From NCBI GenBank assembly GCA_000004985.1, contig GG738899.1: a DNA stretch of 64,000 nt; one strand, 5' to 3'. Positions 30,655 to 41,141 of the stretch are shown here, one piece after another. Under the pieces are notes generated by a model. The model saw only the letters and a list, made by a program, of their open reading frames with translations, did not search any database and was not told the DNA's origin. This DNA comes from Naegleria gruberi (Eukaryota). Positions within the stretch are counted from its first letter, which is position 1. Each line of letters opens with the position of its first letter. Made by a program: the position numbers and the translations under genes.

Positions 30655-33600
30655 TTGGAAGGAAAGGAAAAGAAGAGAAATTCGGATCCGCCTCCTCCGA
30701 ATGATCAAGTTGTTGCTCAGCAAATTGTTGTTGAACAATCATCATCGGATGAGAAAGAAAAGAAGAAGAATTTGGAAGAAGAAATTCCAGAAGTTGTCTA
30801 TCAAGATGGAGAACAGGATGCTCTTGATCGATCACAGGAAATTGAAGTTTTACAATCAATTTATGGAGAAGATTTTGCTATGATTGATGCAGAACAATGT
30901 TTTGAAATTACAATTAGAGGAAAATTAAATTTTGAATTACCAAGTGATTCGGATATTGCTAATAATCACTTTTCAATTTCGGAAATTCCTTTCAAATTGA
31001 GTCATGTTGGTTTGAAGCTTTGGGTCAAGTATGTGAATGGTTATCCATCTCAAACTCTTCCCAAGTTTAAATGTATTCCCTTGATAGATTTGAATAGAAT
31101 TATGAGTTTGGTAAGAAGTGCTTCTCAAGTTCATGCTCAATTGTCTTTGAAAAGTCAAATGCAAGAGGAGGAAATTGAAAGCATTTATGCAAAAATTAGA
31201 GCCAAATCAAGTGAATTATTAGGATATGCGATGGTGTATTCTTTCATTCAGGAAATTGAGGAATATTTGGAGAGTAATAATGTATCTGTCTCTCTTGCTG
31301 AGGAACAATTCCAATTCCAACAGAAGGAAAAGAAGATTATCAAAACATCTGTCGTATTGACAATGATTGGAGATGCTGCTCTCACATCAGACAATGTTCT
31401 CAACGTGGAAACAAGTGCCAAGTACAAAAACAAGGAGAATCACGAGGAGGAAGATAGGAAGAAGAAAGGCTGCACTAAAAATAATGCCGTATGGGAAAAT
31501 ATTCAATACTTTAAGGCAAAGAATAGAATTTCCATCGAGAGTTATGTCAAGGTTGAGGCCTCGTATAGCAAGAATAGCATTAGTTCAAACTTTTGGCTAA
31601 ATAGATATGGCCATGCTGTGGCTAGTAACGGTAATCACTTGTGGTTTAGTTTTGGTGGTATTCATGAAGGAAGGGTGACTGCTGATTTGATTTCGTTCAA
31701 TGATTCAGGAATAGCCAAACCTGCCCTTCTTAAGGAAACCATTAATCCAAGAATTTTCCACACATTCACCTACATTGTTACTGCAGAAATATTTGTTATC
31801 TTGGGGGGCATGTCTGAGAATCGTGACTATTATTCGGATGCATATCTCATTGACTGCCAATTCAATCATCCTAACGTACAAAGATTGCCCGTATTTCCAT
31901 CCAAGATTGCTGGACATTCAGCAACCAATTTTGAAGACAAGCTCTACGTGTTTGGCGGATTTTCTGGAGATACTTATTCTAACCACCTGTACAGTTTAAC
32001 ACTCAGAAAGCCAAAAATTGGAAATGCTCCAAGTAATTCTTGGATTAGAATTGACGCACCTAATGGACCTTCTCGCAGATGCGGATGTAGTTCAGTCGTT
32101 TTCAGAGATATTTTGTATGTATACGGAGGAAACAATAAGGGAGCCTTTCTCGATGATTTGTATGCCTTTGATTTGAACTTGAAATATTGGACCAAAATTG
32201 TCACTTTTGGAACTAGCACTGCACTTTCACATGCTCAATTATTTGCCACTGCCAATAATACACTCACTCTTATTGGTGGTATTTATGTATACCGTAATTG
32301 GAATACTACAGTATTGGAGTTTTCTATTGACAGTTCCACTTGGAGTGCTTTAAAATGTGAACAGACCAAGAAATTTAACGACAGAACTGCCCTCTGTAGT
32401 GTTTTACAAGATAATCAAAATTTTATCTACACTGGAGGTATTAAGAATTTGGGTTTTACTTCCCTTGCCAAAATTTCACAATCTAACCCAATCATGGCAA
32501 AGGAAATGCCAGAAAAGGTTGATTCCGTAAGAAAGATGGTTAAACGATACGTTGGAGGATTAGAATATACCAGAACCTTATTCGACGTATATTATGACAT
32601 GATTACCTCCCAAATTGAAAATAATTCTGACCTTATTATTAATTACTATGAAAAGGATGAGAATGGATGCACTGATCACCGTAAAATCTTTGCTCACCAA
32701 TACGTTGTAATTTCAAATCCAGTTTTAAGAAGATTATTGGCCATTCAAAATGTTAGAGATCACTTGAATCAACAAGATTATCAATATAGTATGGAGGCTG
32801 ATGAGGAAAATGTGCTCTCATTTAAAAATGTATATATAGACATTCAAACATTCAAAGGTTTTGAAGATTTGACTTTTAATGGTATTATGGGTTGCTTACA
32901 ATTTGTGTATTCATACTCGTTTGACCCTGAATTAGTAAGAACAGATAAGGAATGCTTAGAGCTCTATCAAGCTGCCAAGAAATTCAAATTAACATTATTG
33001 TGTGAAATGTTGTGTAACTCTATCACTGCCGATTCTCTCCAATTGACCATTGGTGATTTCATTGAACAATCAATGCAAGAATTCTTAAAACCTGCAGCTG
33101 TTGGACCAGAAGAACAATACTTTTTGAATACTGCCAATGAATTTGAAACATTTTCATCAGAACAAACCAAAGACACTCCATATGTTAGAATTATTGCTCC
33201 TGATCTTTATAGCAAGTTGAATTTGGAGAGAGCAAGATACATCAAGTCCATGAATGAAGAATCTTTGGAAGAATCAGCTATTCCAGAGGAAATGCCAGAA
33301 GTGGAATCATTTGATGAGGAATTATTTGAGGAAATTGATAGTGCAAAGGGAGAAGGATTCAATTGGATGACTGATGTTCCAAAATCAGCCGATGATTTAC
33401 CAGAACTTGAATGGAAGTACATTATTGTTCACAAGAGTATTTTAGTATATAGATCCAAGTTCTTCCGTACAATGTTTAACATGGATTTCTCAGAGAGTAA
33501 GACTAATGAAATTAGATTGAATGATACCTCAATGCAATCTATTGAAGCAATTCTATATTGGATGTATTCTGGAAAGTTCCCAACCATCTTGTCAGAAAAT

Positions 33601-33885
33601 GCCATTGAACTATTCGTTGCTGCAAGTCAGTATGATTTGCCAGAGGTGAGAGATTGGGCCAGATCTTTTATTGAAAAGTTTATTGATGTTAATAATGTGA
33701 TTACTGTTTTGGATATTGCAGACATGATTGGTGATGTTAGTTTGAAACGTTTCTGTATCTATTTTATTGCCAATAGATTAGATATCATTTGCAGAGATCC
33801 ACTCTTTAATGAAATTCCACATAATACCAGATTTGAAATTAGATCACTCAACAGTAAGATTAATAGAAAAAAGGTTAAAAAGTAA
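30655..33885 (+). CDS. LZTR1-like Kelch-repeat / double BTB protein with an N-terminal RWD domain. The 5' end is unresolved: no in-frame ATG before the RWD domain, while an out-of-frame ATG lies at 30563
   Basis: RWD start RSQEIEVLQSIYGEDFAMIDAEQCFEITI. Kelch-type blades (NRYGHAVASNGNHLWFSFGG, HSATNFEDKLYVFGGFSG, RCGCSSVVFRDILYVYGG). Two BTB domains (..YQAAKKFKLTLLCEMLC.. and YIIVHKSILVYRSKFFRTMFNMDFSESKTNEIRLND...AILYWMYSGKF). The frame is open upstream to 30571 with no Met. The ATG at 30563 sits in the +1 frame after an A11 homopolymer. Confidence 0.55.
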   Translation: MEGKEKKRNSDPPPPNDQVVAQQIVVEQSSSDEKEKKKNLEEEIPEVVYQDGEQDALDRSQEIEVLQSIYGEDFAMIDAEQCFEITIRGKLNFELPSDSDIANNHFSISEIPFKLSHVGLKLWVKYVNGYPSQTLPKFKCIPLIDLNRIMSLVRSASQVHAQLSLKSQMQEEEIESIYAKIRAKSSELLGYAMVYSFIQEIEEYLESNNVSVSLAEEQFQFQQKEKKIIKTSVVLTMIGDAALTSDNVLNVETSAKYKNKENHEEEDRKKKGCTKNNAVWENIQYFKAKNRISIESYVKVEASYSKNSISSNFWLNRYGHAVASNGNHLWFSFGGIHEGRVTADLISFNDSGIAKPALLKETINPRIFHTFTYIVTAEIFVILGGMSENRDYYSDAYLIDCQFNHPNVQRLPVFPSKIAGHSATNFEDKLYVFGGFSGDTYSNHLYSLTLRKPKIGNAPSNSWIRIDAPNGPSRRCGCSSVVFRDILYVYGGNNKGAFLDDLYAFDLNLKYWTKIVTFGTSTALSHAQLFATANNTLTLIGGIYVYRNWNTTVLEFSIDSSTWSALKCEQTKKFNDRTALCSVLQDNQNFIYTGGIKNLGFTSLAKISQSNPIMAKEMPEKVDSVRKMVKRYVGGLEYTRTLFDVYYDMITSQIENNSDLIINYYEKDENGCTDHRKIFAHQYVVISNPVLRRLLAIQNVRDHLNQQDYQYSMEADEENVLSFKNVYIDIQTFKGFEDLTFNGIMGCLQFVYSYSFDPELVRTDKECLELYQAAKKFKLTLLCEMLCNSITADSLQLTIGDFIEQSMQEFLKPAAVGPEEQYFLNTANEFETFSSEQTKDTPYVRIIAPDLYSKLNLERARYIKSMNEESLEESAIPEEMPEVESFDEELFEEIDSAKGEGFNWMTDVPKSADDLPELEWKYIIVHKSILVYRSKFFRTMFNMDFSESKTNEIRLNDTSMQSIEAILYWMYSGKFPTILSENAIELFVAASQYDLPEVRDWARSFIEKFIDVNNVITVLDIADMIGDVSLKRFCIYFIANRLDIICRDPLFNEIPHNTRFEIRSLNSKINRKKVKK

Positions 33886-34223
33886 ACTGTTAGTTGTGTG
33901 GATTATTTAATTAGTGGATTCCCTTTGTAATCTTTTGTTTAGGACCCATTTCGTAATAGTGAAGAAGAAATGCAATTCAGAAGGATGTAGTAGCACAGTT
34001 AAATCCCCTATTTCAATTCTATCAAACCAAGTAAGCTGTATTTACGAACCAATTGTAAAACTGTAAATGTAATGAATATAGTTAATGGAAAGTTCATTGT
34101 TTTCTAAAAGGTTACGCCCACAATTAATATTTTCATGTAGATCTCTTTGTCAACTGTGTAACCTTTCAAACTGACTTTTATAATCCAGCTCTAAATATGA
34201 TTGGCTATTAAATATCAAAAAAA

Positions 34224-34673
34224 ATGGCAAAAACAATCTTTCCTCTCCTCGATTTACACGAGGACTTCAAGTTCCTATCTGTCAAACAAATACCAACACT
34301 TCTCCTACTAAACAAATCCACTCACGGTCAATTGGTACAATCAGAAAGATTTTGGAAAGGAGCTGCCTTTAACTATGCAAGAGCATTCTCTCTCGAATTA
34401 CCAGTAGAAGATTTATCAACCGCAGATTTGCCTCAATCTTTAAGAGGACTAATTGAGGAAAAACAATCAAAAATCCACATACTCCAACAAGAAATTCATG
34501 CCGCCGAAAGTAAGGCAAGTACCTACAGGGCACAAGCAGCTAAGATTAAAGGACAAACACCAAGTGCAATGAATCTTTTTATAACAAAAACTTATGAATC
34601 TGAGACGAAGGAATTGGAGATGCATTTGAAGGAATTGAAGAAAAATGTTCAAGATTTGACATTGGAAGAGTGA
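34224..34673 (+). CDS. Small coiled-coil protein, function unknown
   Basis: 149-aa ORF. Heptad-rich C-terminal half (EEKQSKIHILQQEIHAAESKASTYRAQAAKIKGQ...). No recognised domain. Confidence 0.35.
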   Translation: MAKTIFPLLDLHEDFKFLSVKQIPTLLLLNKSTHGQLVQSERFWKGAAFNYARAFSLELPVEDLSTADLPQSLRGLIEEKQSKIHILQQEIHAAESKASTYRAQAAKIKGQTPSAMNLFITKTYESETKELEMHLKELKKNVQDLTLEE

Positions 34674-34899
34674 ACTTTTCTCTTGTTGCATATTATTCTA
34701 TAATGAACTGATTTTCCAATTAAGGTATTCTTTTTAAGAGATTTAAACATGCTTGAATGGAAGGACATATTGACTTGGATCCATATTTTGAATATTATTC
34801 TTTACACCATTTGGGTATTACGCTAATACATCATTATTCCTCAATATATATTCTTGTAATTTCTCCAATAAATTGCATTTTCATACAAGTTCATTTAGT

Positions 34900-35961
34900 T
34901 CAACTTGATAACACTTGTAAAACCTTGTCAATACAAACGTCTCTATTCAAGATACTGGCATGATCTCCCTTCACATAAACCAACTCTGTATGAGGTGAAT
35001 CCTTCAAATGAAGAGGGATTGAAGCTGTCTGTTCATCTACAGTGAGAACCAAATCAGAGAAGAGAGATGGTTCATTTTGTTGGAATTCTGTCATCGAAGT
35101 GACAATATTGGTCATTCTAACCTTATTACTTAAAACAGAATCTTGTGCCCACCAAAATGATTTGGCAAATACTTCATCCCATCCATCACTTTCAACATGA
35201 TTCATAAATTGTTCCACAATGGTTGGTTCCTCTGGATAACTTCTCAAAACCTTAGCCATAGGATGAAGAAATTTCAAATCTCTTGCCAATTTTACTCTAC
35301 CACTCAACAGAGGAGAAATTTGAATCAATTTCAGAGCATCCTGTTTCAGTAAATTATCACAAATATTGCCATCATTGATATCTAAATTATTTTGTACATT
35401 ATTGACCAAAAAGTTTCTGACAATCATACTCCCCATCGAATGGGTTACAAAGTGAAAACTTTCATCTTCATTACTAATCTCATCACTTGTTTCTTGTTGC
35501 TGTTGTTCCTTAACATAATTTGAATACCATACAGAAGCACTTCTCGACAAGACATGATCTCTGCTCTGTCGATGCTCATTCAAAAAGTCATACAATCCAC
35601 TCGATGATCTTTCTATTGATTGTCTATAGGAAGGATACCAATAATTTAAAACTCTGAATTTTCCACTCTCAATAAGCTTCTTTTCAATAAAGAAGAATTG
35701 AGAGGCAAAGCCAAAACAACCATGACATAATACAACAGTGGTTCTTTGATTATTTGTAATGTTGGACATTGGATGAGAAATTGTGGTTCCGGAACCTTCT
35801 TCTTGATGATGGAAAGATAATGTTGAGAAGGTTCTTCCTTTGAGGTGATGATGAACATTCATAAAAGACCAATGTCCAATATTATTACTACTATTAAAAT
35901 CAATCAAAATCTTTTCGCTTCTTCTTCCGACAAGTCCTCCCACACTATTTAATCTCTTCAT
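34900..35961 (-). CDS. Putative serine esterase/lipase of the DUF676 (FAM135-like) alpha/beta-hydrolase family
   Basis: VVLCHGCFGFASQFF (oxyanion-region motif of DUF676) and GxSxG nucleophile elbow FVTHSMGSMIVRNFL. Single exon. ATG at 35961. Confidence 0.6.
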   Translation of the reverse strand: MKRLNSVGGLVGRRSEKILIDFNSSNNIGHWSFMNVHHHLKGRTFSTLSFHHQEEGSGTTISHPMSNITNNQRTTVVLCHGCFGFASQFFFIEKKLIESGKFRVLNYWYPSYRQSIERSSSGLYDFLNEHRQSRDHVLSRSASVWYSNYVKEQQQQETSDEISNEDESFHFVTHSMGSMIVRNFLVNNVQNNLDINDGNICDNLLKQDALKLIQISPLLSGRVKLARDLKFLHPMAKVLRSYPEEPTIVEQFMNHVESDGWDEVFAKSFWWAQDSVLSNKVRMTNIVTSMTEFQQNEPSLFSDLVLTVDEQTASIPLHLKDSPHTELVYVKGDHASILNRDVCIDKVLQVLSS

Positions 35962-36195
35962 ATTTTTTTCTAATTATTATTTAAATTATTATTAATATTA
36001 TTAATAATCTTTAACAGCTTACCAATATAATATTGTTTCCGCATCATCATCATAGATAATGATTATTTTGATTAAAATTAATTCTTCATCATCGGGCGTT
36101 TTTTAAAAAGTTTTGGAAAATTTTTCAAGGCTTTGAAGTTTCTTTCAAATTTTCTTCCGTTTGAATTGCAACGAATTTCTTAGGAGCGTAAAAAA

Positions 36196-37638
36196 ATGCG
36201 TCAACCACTCGAAAATACCACAAGGCTTTCATTTCATAGTAATATCATTAATAATAACAATAATATTTGCCGGCTAGTAGTGGTGGTGCTGATAGCAATA
36301 ATTGTTGTTGGCTTTTTTGGCTCATCATCTTTGGTAAATGCTATTAATCAACAAGAAGAAGAATATAAAACTCTGGATAATCTTCCATCATTTAGCAAGT
36401 TGAAGAATTTGACAGTGTCGGGATTTGGTGCTGGAGCTTCTATGGCTATCATGATGCAAGTTGCTCACTCACAAAAGGTTGGAGGTGTTGCTTCGTTTTC
36501 AGGCCTTCCATATTATTGTGTGAAGAATAACATGTCTCGTTTGGAAACTTGTTTTAAACATACTGAGAAAATTCCAATGTCTGAATTTATGGAAATGTTC
36601 GACAAGTTTATTTATTTCAATTTGATTGATAATTTGGATCATCTTCCTTCCCACAAGATTTATTTGCAAAGTGGAAGTAAGGATAAGAGTTTGACTCAAC
36701 AAGCAGCTTTGAAATCTAAGGAAATGTATGAAACTTTGGGTGTTCCAAAGGGAAATATCAAGACTGTTCTTGATATTCCATCCGGTCACTCTATGGTCTC
36801 TGTTGATTATGCTAATGCCGAAAAGAATCAATGTGGAGAGAAAATCAAGGAACCATACATTCAAAATTGTGGATTTGATTTAGTAGGAGATGCTCTCAAA
36901 TTTGTCATTGGTGAAGATAATTTTGTTAATGAGGCCAATTTTGTTGCCAGTGCCGAGAATGTAAGTTTTTCATATTTAAACTTGAATTTCATGATAACAC
37001 AATGATAGCTCTTTAAAATTGACCAAAGACCATTCGATTCTGAAAGACACTTGATGGGAGATTTTGGATACATTTACATTCCATCAGCTTGTCAAAAGGA
37101 TGAAACTAAATGCAAACATATTGTAAGTTGAATTGCAAATGATTAATCATTAATTCACTATATTATAGCACGTTGCATTCCATGGTTGTGATCAAACTGG
37201 TGATGAATTCCCTCTCTACTCTGGTTACAATAGAATTGCTGAACAAAATAACATTGTTGTCTTGTATCCAAGAACTGCAGTACAAGATAGATTTAATCCT
37301 CATGCATGGTAAGTTCCATTATTATTATTATTTCTAAATTATAAATTTTAAATTATTTAAATATTCAATCAATTTTTGGAATATTGTAAAATAGTTGGGA
37401 CTTTTTTGGAACTGAAAATGGTGACGATTATCGTGCTGAATTGTATCCATCAAGAATTGGTCCACAAATGCAAACTGTTGCAAGAATGATTGAACAAGTT
37501 GGTCACGATATGGACATGAAGAGATTAATTGAACGTAGTGCTAAGGAAGCTCTTCTTCTTCTTGGAGCTCTTGTTGTCATTGTTGTCTATCAAATGTACA
37601 AGTTGACTATTGGTTCAAAGAAGGAGAAATCTGATTAA
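36196..37638 (+). CDS. Esterase of the PHB-depolymerase / feruloyl-esterase family (Esterase_phb-like), with an N-terminal signal anchor and a C-terminal TM segment. join(36196..36960,37009..37122,37169..37308,37395..37638)
   Basis: Three introns of 48, 46 and 86 nt, all GTAAGT...(T)AG, keep the frame. The G-x-S-x-G-like SGFGAGASMA region and the family-diagnostic NPHACWDFFG motif (CWDWWG in bacterial and fungal members) are split across the exon 3/4 junction and are only restored by splicing. Confidence 0.65.
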
Positions 37639-37651
37639 ATTTTAAAAACAC

Positions 37652-38701
37652 TTATTTATTTTCCATCATTCTTTGTTTGAATTTTGACACCTTCTTTGGT
37701 TGTTCATGTGTGGTATTACCTGGAGAGGCCTTAAATATCGATGATTGACTTGGTAAAGCATCTCTTTCGACAATGTTAAATGAAGTGGTATCTTTCATGG
37801 TGGAGGAAGATTGTTTTGGTGGTTGTTGAGACTTCTTTGGTTGTTGTTTTGGCTCAGTACTTGCACCACCAGTAGCTCTATGGAAATATTTGAGAATGTC
37901 TTGTTGGAGTCTCTTTTCTTCTTCACCAAATTCTTCACCTTCATCTTCTTCATCTTCCTCCTCTTCGATATGCTTATTCAAGTTAATATTCACACCACCC
38001 TTCTTCATATCTGTTGCTTCCTCTCTTTCTAATTCTTCCAAAATTTCCAAGATATCCTCTTCATCCTTCCTTGTTGTTTTGTGACGATAGTACAATTCAT
38101 CCCGATCCATTCCCTTTGAATTATATGGCAATTCAATATCCTCCATTTCTGAAAAATCAGGTAATGATCCATTACTATTCATCTCCATTTCTCTAAACAT
38201 TTGTTCAAGCTTGGTAGCTTCGGACATGTCTTGATATTCTTCCTCCTCTCGCTTTGATTTCTTTTGTTCTTCCTTGAGAATATTCGAGTGTTTACTCAGA
38301 CCAATTCCTTCATAAACTGTGTGTAATAATTTTCTCTCTTGTTCCAATTTTTCCATCACCTTTTTAATTCTTCTCTTGAGTATTTCTCTAGCTTGATAAG
38401 CAGAAGTTTTAATAAAGTAATTTTCTCCCAGCGAAACTGTAATTTCATTAGTTTGTACCAATTGTCCAGGCATGAAAGCCAATTGATGTGTTCCGATCGG
38501 TATCATACAACTTTGTTTTAAACTTTGTGGAATGAAGGTGAGAGTTTTATATAATTCCTTGTATTCTTCGAGAGTTTTTTCATAGTCTTGAATAGCTTTT
38601 CGGTGTCTGAGAGCAACTTCAGTGAATTGTCTTTCCAATTCCTTCTTGTTCAAATTATTGTTATTTGACGACGATGTTCCCTTTGATGATGATTGCAACA
38701 T
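37652..38701 (-). CDS. Prefoldin-alpha-like protein, URI1/RMP-type (unconventional prefoldin RPB5 interactor-like), with an acidic C-terminal region
   Basis: Prefoldin-like hairpin region IPIGTHQLAFMPGQLVQTNEITVSLGENYFIKTSAYQAREILKRRI, followed by EEEEDEEDEGEE acidic stretches. Single exon. ATG at 38701. Confidence 0.5.
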   Translation of the reverse strand: MLQSSSKGTSSSNNNNLNKKELERQFTEVALRHRKAIQDYEKTLEEYKELYKTLTFIPQSLKQSCMIPIGTHQLAFMPGQLVQTNEITVSLGENYFIKTSAYQAREILKRRIKKVMEKLEQERKLLHTVYEGIGLSKHSNILKEEQKKSKREEEEYQDMSEATKLEQMFREMEMNSNGSLPDFSEMEDIELPYNSKGMDRDELYYRHKTTRKDEEDILEILEELEREEATDMKKGGVNINLNKHIEEEEDEEDEGEEFGEEEKRLQQDILKYFHRATGGASTEPKQQPKKSQQPPKQSSSTMKDTTSFNIVERDALPSQSSIFKASPGNTTHEQPKKVSKFKQRMMENK

Positions 38702-38959
38702 TTTTTTTAATTTAATTATTTAATAATATTCCTGATGAAGAATTCTTCTTTAATTAATCAATTAATAACCATCATCACATCGGATTCGATATTTGTATTA
38801 TTGTTCTATATTTTGATGATGAGCAATACGAGGAAGAGACTAATAGTGCTTGCCTCCAAAATATGTAACAGTAATAAATTTAAGGTTTGGCGCCCAATTT
38901 TGAATCATCAAAAAAAATAGGAAAAAACACATCAAAGCCTTATTGCTTTGTTTTAAAAC

Positions 38960-41110
38960 ATGTCTTCGGCTGCGAACAACAATACTAACAACAATAATTT
39001 TCCATATGGGAAGAGAATAACCCACACTTCCTCGACAGTAGGGTCTTCATCTAATGTTGGTTCTGCCTCATCAAATTCTAATAGTACTAGTATGAAGTTG
39101 GGTAATCTCTCACCAATACAACATTATAGGAGCTCAAATTTACATGGCACCTATTCTCACTCTGATATCAGAGGGGAACAAACAAAGAATATGGATGAAG
39201 TCATTTTGCATAATACTCAAACCTTGATGGATTACAATACTCCAAGGGGAGCCAATAACAATGATTTTGAATTGAAGAGTAATACTTCTCCACTTTCTTC
39301 AACATCAGAGAGTAGTGCCATTTTCAATAAGCCCTTGGATCAGTTGGTAAAGTGTTTTTTATGTTTCAACAAACCTTCATCACCTCACTTGTGCCCTTGC
39401 TGTTCCAAAATTGTCTGTTTGGGATGTGCAAAGAAGTGGATCTCGGAAAAGAGTTCTTGTCCAAACTGTAGATCACCCCTTTCAACAAGTCAATTAGTTA
39501 ATTGTAAATTTGTAACAGAGATTTCATCTGAGTTGGAAAAGCTTCAAACTCAAATCAAGAAGGACAAAACTATTGTTCCTTCAAGAGCAAGTTTAGTGAA
39601 TGAACATTGTTCTAGCCACGATCTTCCTCTGATTTATTATTGTGAAACTTGTAAGGAGCCAATCTGTTCTGATTGTGCAATGTTTGAGGAAAAACACAAA
39701 AATCACAAATTTAAAAAGGTCAATGAAGTTTACAAGGAATGTGTTGACATTGTAAAGGTAGAATCTGAAACTGTTAAAACTCGTCTGAAAGATTTGAACT
39801 CTCTCACACTGAGTATCGAAGAAAATATTAAGAGAATTACCAAAGCAAAGGAGGAAACCTTAAAAACAATCAATGAAACTGTCGAAGAAATGCGTACTAA
39901 TTTGGATTCACTCTATAAGAGCAAGCTTTCATCATTGGTCTCCCAAAAGAATATGATTATTGATGAAATTGCCATGTTAGAGAAGCTAACCAAAGAGTTG
40001 GGAAGACAAATTGAGACGAGTCCACAATGTGTTTTGATATCCAAAACTCCAGACATTGTCCGTGTAGTGGATGAAATCAATAAGAAGCCAACAGTTGCCT
40101 TCAATAAGATTGCTGTAACAGAAAGTTTCCCTAATGAAATTGTTCCACCATACGAAGGAGGCCAGTTTCGTATAGAAAACTATTCTGAATTACTTAAAAC
40201 AACCGAAGTTATTTATTCTGATCCAATCACTATTAATGGATTGCAATGGAGGTTGAAGGTTTATCCAAATGGTACAGGAGTTGCCAAGGGAGTTTTTATA
40301 TCTGTCTTTTTAGAAATGTTCAAAGGGTTGACTGAACCTAAAAAGTACCACTACAAGGTTGAAATGGTAAATAAGAGAGATACCTCAAAGAATATTGAAA
40401 GATCATTTGCCTCAATTTTCGAATCTGGAGAATGTTGGGGGTATAATAGATTCTATCGAGTTTCAGAGTTGGCTGGAAATGGGTTTATTGATGTAGATGA
40501 TGATGTTTTGAACTTGAATTTCTTTGTGAGACCAACATCATACTTTGAATTATGTTTAGAGCAAGCAAGATACATTAAAGACCTGGAAGATTTCAAAAAG
40601 ATGAATCCAATTACGAGTGTTACAACTGAGGAGGAAGTTGCAGAAGAGGCAAACAACCTATTGAAGGAGGAAGCATTCAACAATCCAAATCTCTCCCCAA
40701 TTGAAGAAACAGAGACTTATCAATTCCTTGTGGAAAGTGAGGAAACAATCGGCAATCACCAAGTTCAAGAGCAAGAAAATACTTCCTTAAAGATAGAAGA
40801 AGATAATTCTTTCTCGATCAATACCCAAATAACCCCTGAAGCTGATGAATCCATATCTCCAACAGTTTTTATCAATCCAATAGATGAAGATATTGTCACT
40901 ATCGAGCAAGACACAAGCATTATATCTTCTGATGGTAGCCAACTGGTTATTGAACAGGTTGAAGAAAAATCAGACAATAAGGAACCATCAACGGCAGGAT
41001 CTGTCTGGTCCAAGTCCCAACAAGAGCAAGCATTCTCATTGCCATCAGTTGGAAACCATAGTAGTGACACCGTTAATGTTTCAATATCATCAATAGAAAA
41101 CAGTGATTAG
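38960..41110 (+). CDS. TRIM37-like tripartite-motif protein: RING finger, B-box, coiled coil, MATH/TRAF domain, acidic C-terminus
   Basis: RING CFLCFNKPSSPHLCPCCSKIVCLGCAKKWISEKSSCPNCRS. B-box CSSHDLPLIYYCETCKEPICSDCAMFEEKHKNHKF. Long coiled coil. MATH domain QFRIENYSELLKTTEVIYSDPITINGLQWRLKVYPNG...FFVRP. Confidence 0.7.
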   Translation: MSSAANNNTNNNNFPYGKRITHTSSTVGSSSNVGSASSNSNSTSMKLGNLSPIQHYRSSNLHGTYSHSDIRGEQTKNMDEVILHNTQTLMDYNTPRGANNNDFELKSNTSPLSSTSESSAIFNKPLDQLVKCFLCFNKPSSPHLCPCCSKIVCLGCAKKWISEKSSCPNCRSPLSTSQLVNCKFVTEISSELEKLQTQIKKDKTIVPSRASLVNEHCSSHDLPLIYYCETCKEPICSDCAMFEEKHKNHKFKKVNEVYKECVDIVKVESETVKTRLKDLNSLTLSIEENIKRITKAKEETLKTINETVEEMRTNLDSLYKSKLSSLVSQKNMIIDEIAMLEKLTKELGRQIETSPQCVLISKTPDIVRVVDEINKKPTVAFNKIAVTESFPNEIVPPYEGGQFRIENYSELLKTTEVIYSDPITINGLQWRLKVYPNGTGVAKGVFISVFLEMFKGLTEPKKYHYKVEMVNKRDTSKNIERSFASIFESGECWGYNRFYRVSELAGNGFIDVDDDVLNLNFFVRPTSYFELCLEQARYIKDLEDFKKMNPITSVTTEEEVAEEANNLLKEEAFNNPNLSPIEETETYQFLVESEETIGNHQVQEQENTSLKIEEDNSFSINTQITPEADESISPTVFINPIDEDIVTIEQDTSIISSDGSQLVIEQVEEKSDNKEPSTAGSVWSKSQQEQAFSLPSVGNHSSDTVNVSISSIENSD

Positions 41111-41141
41111 CTCAAACAATTCAATCTCCGAACAGTAAAAA

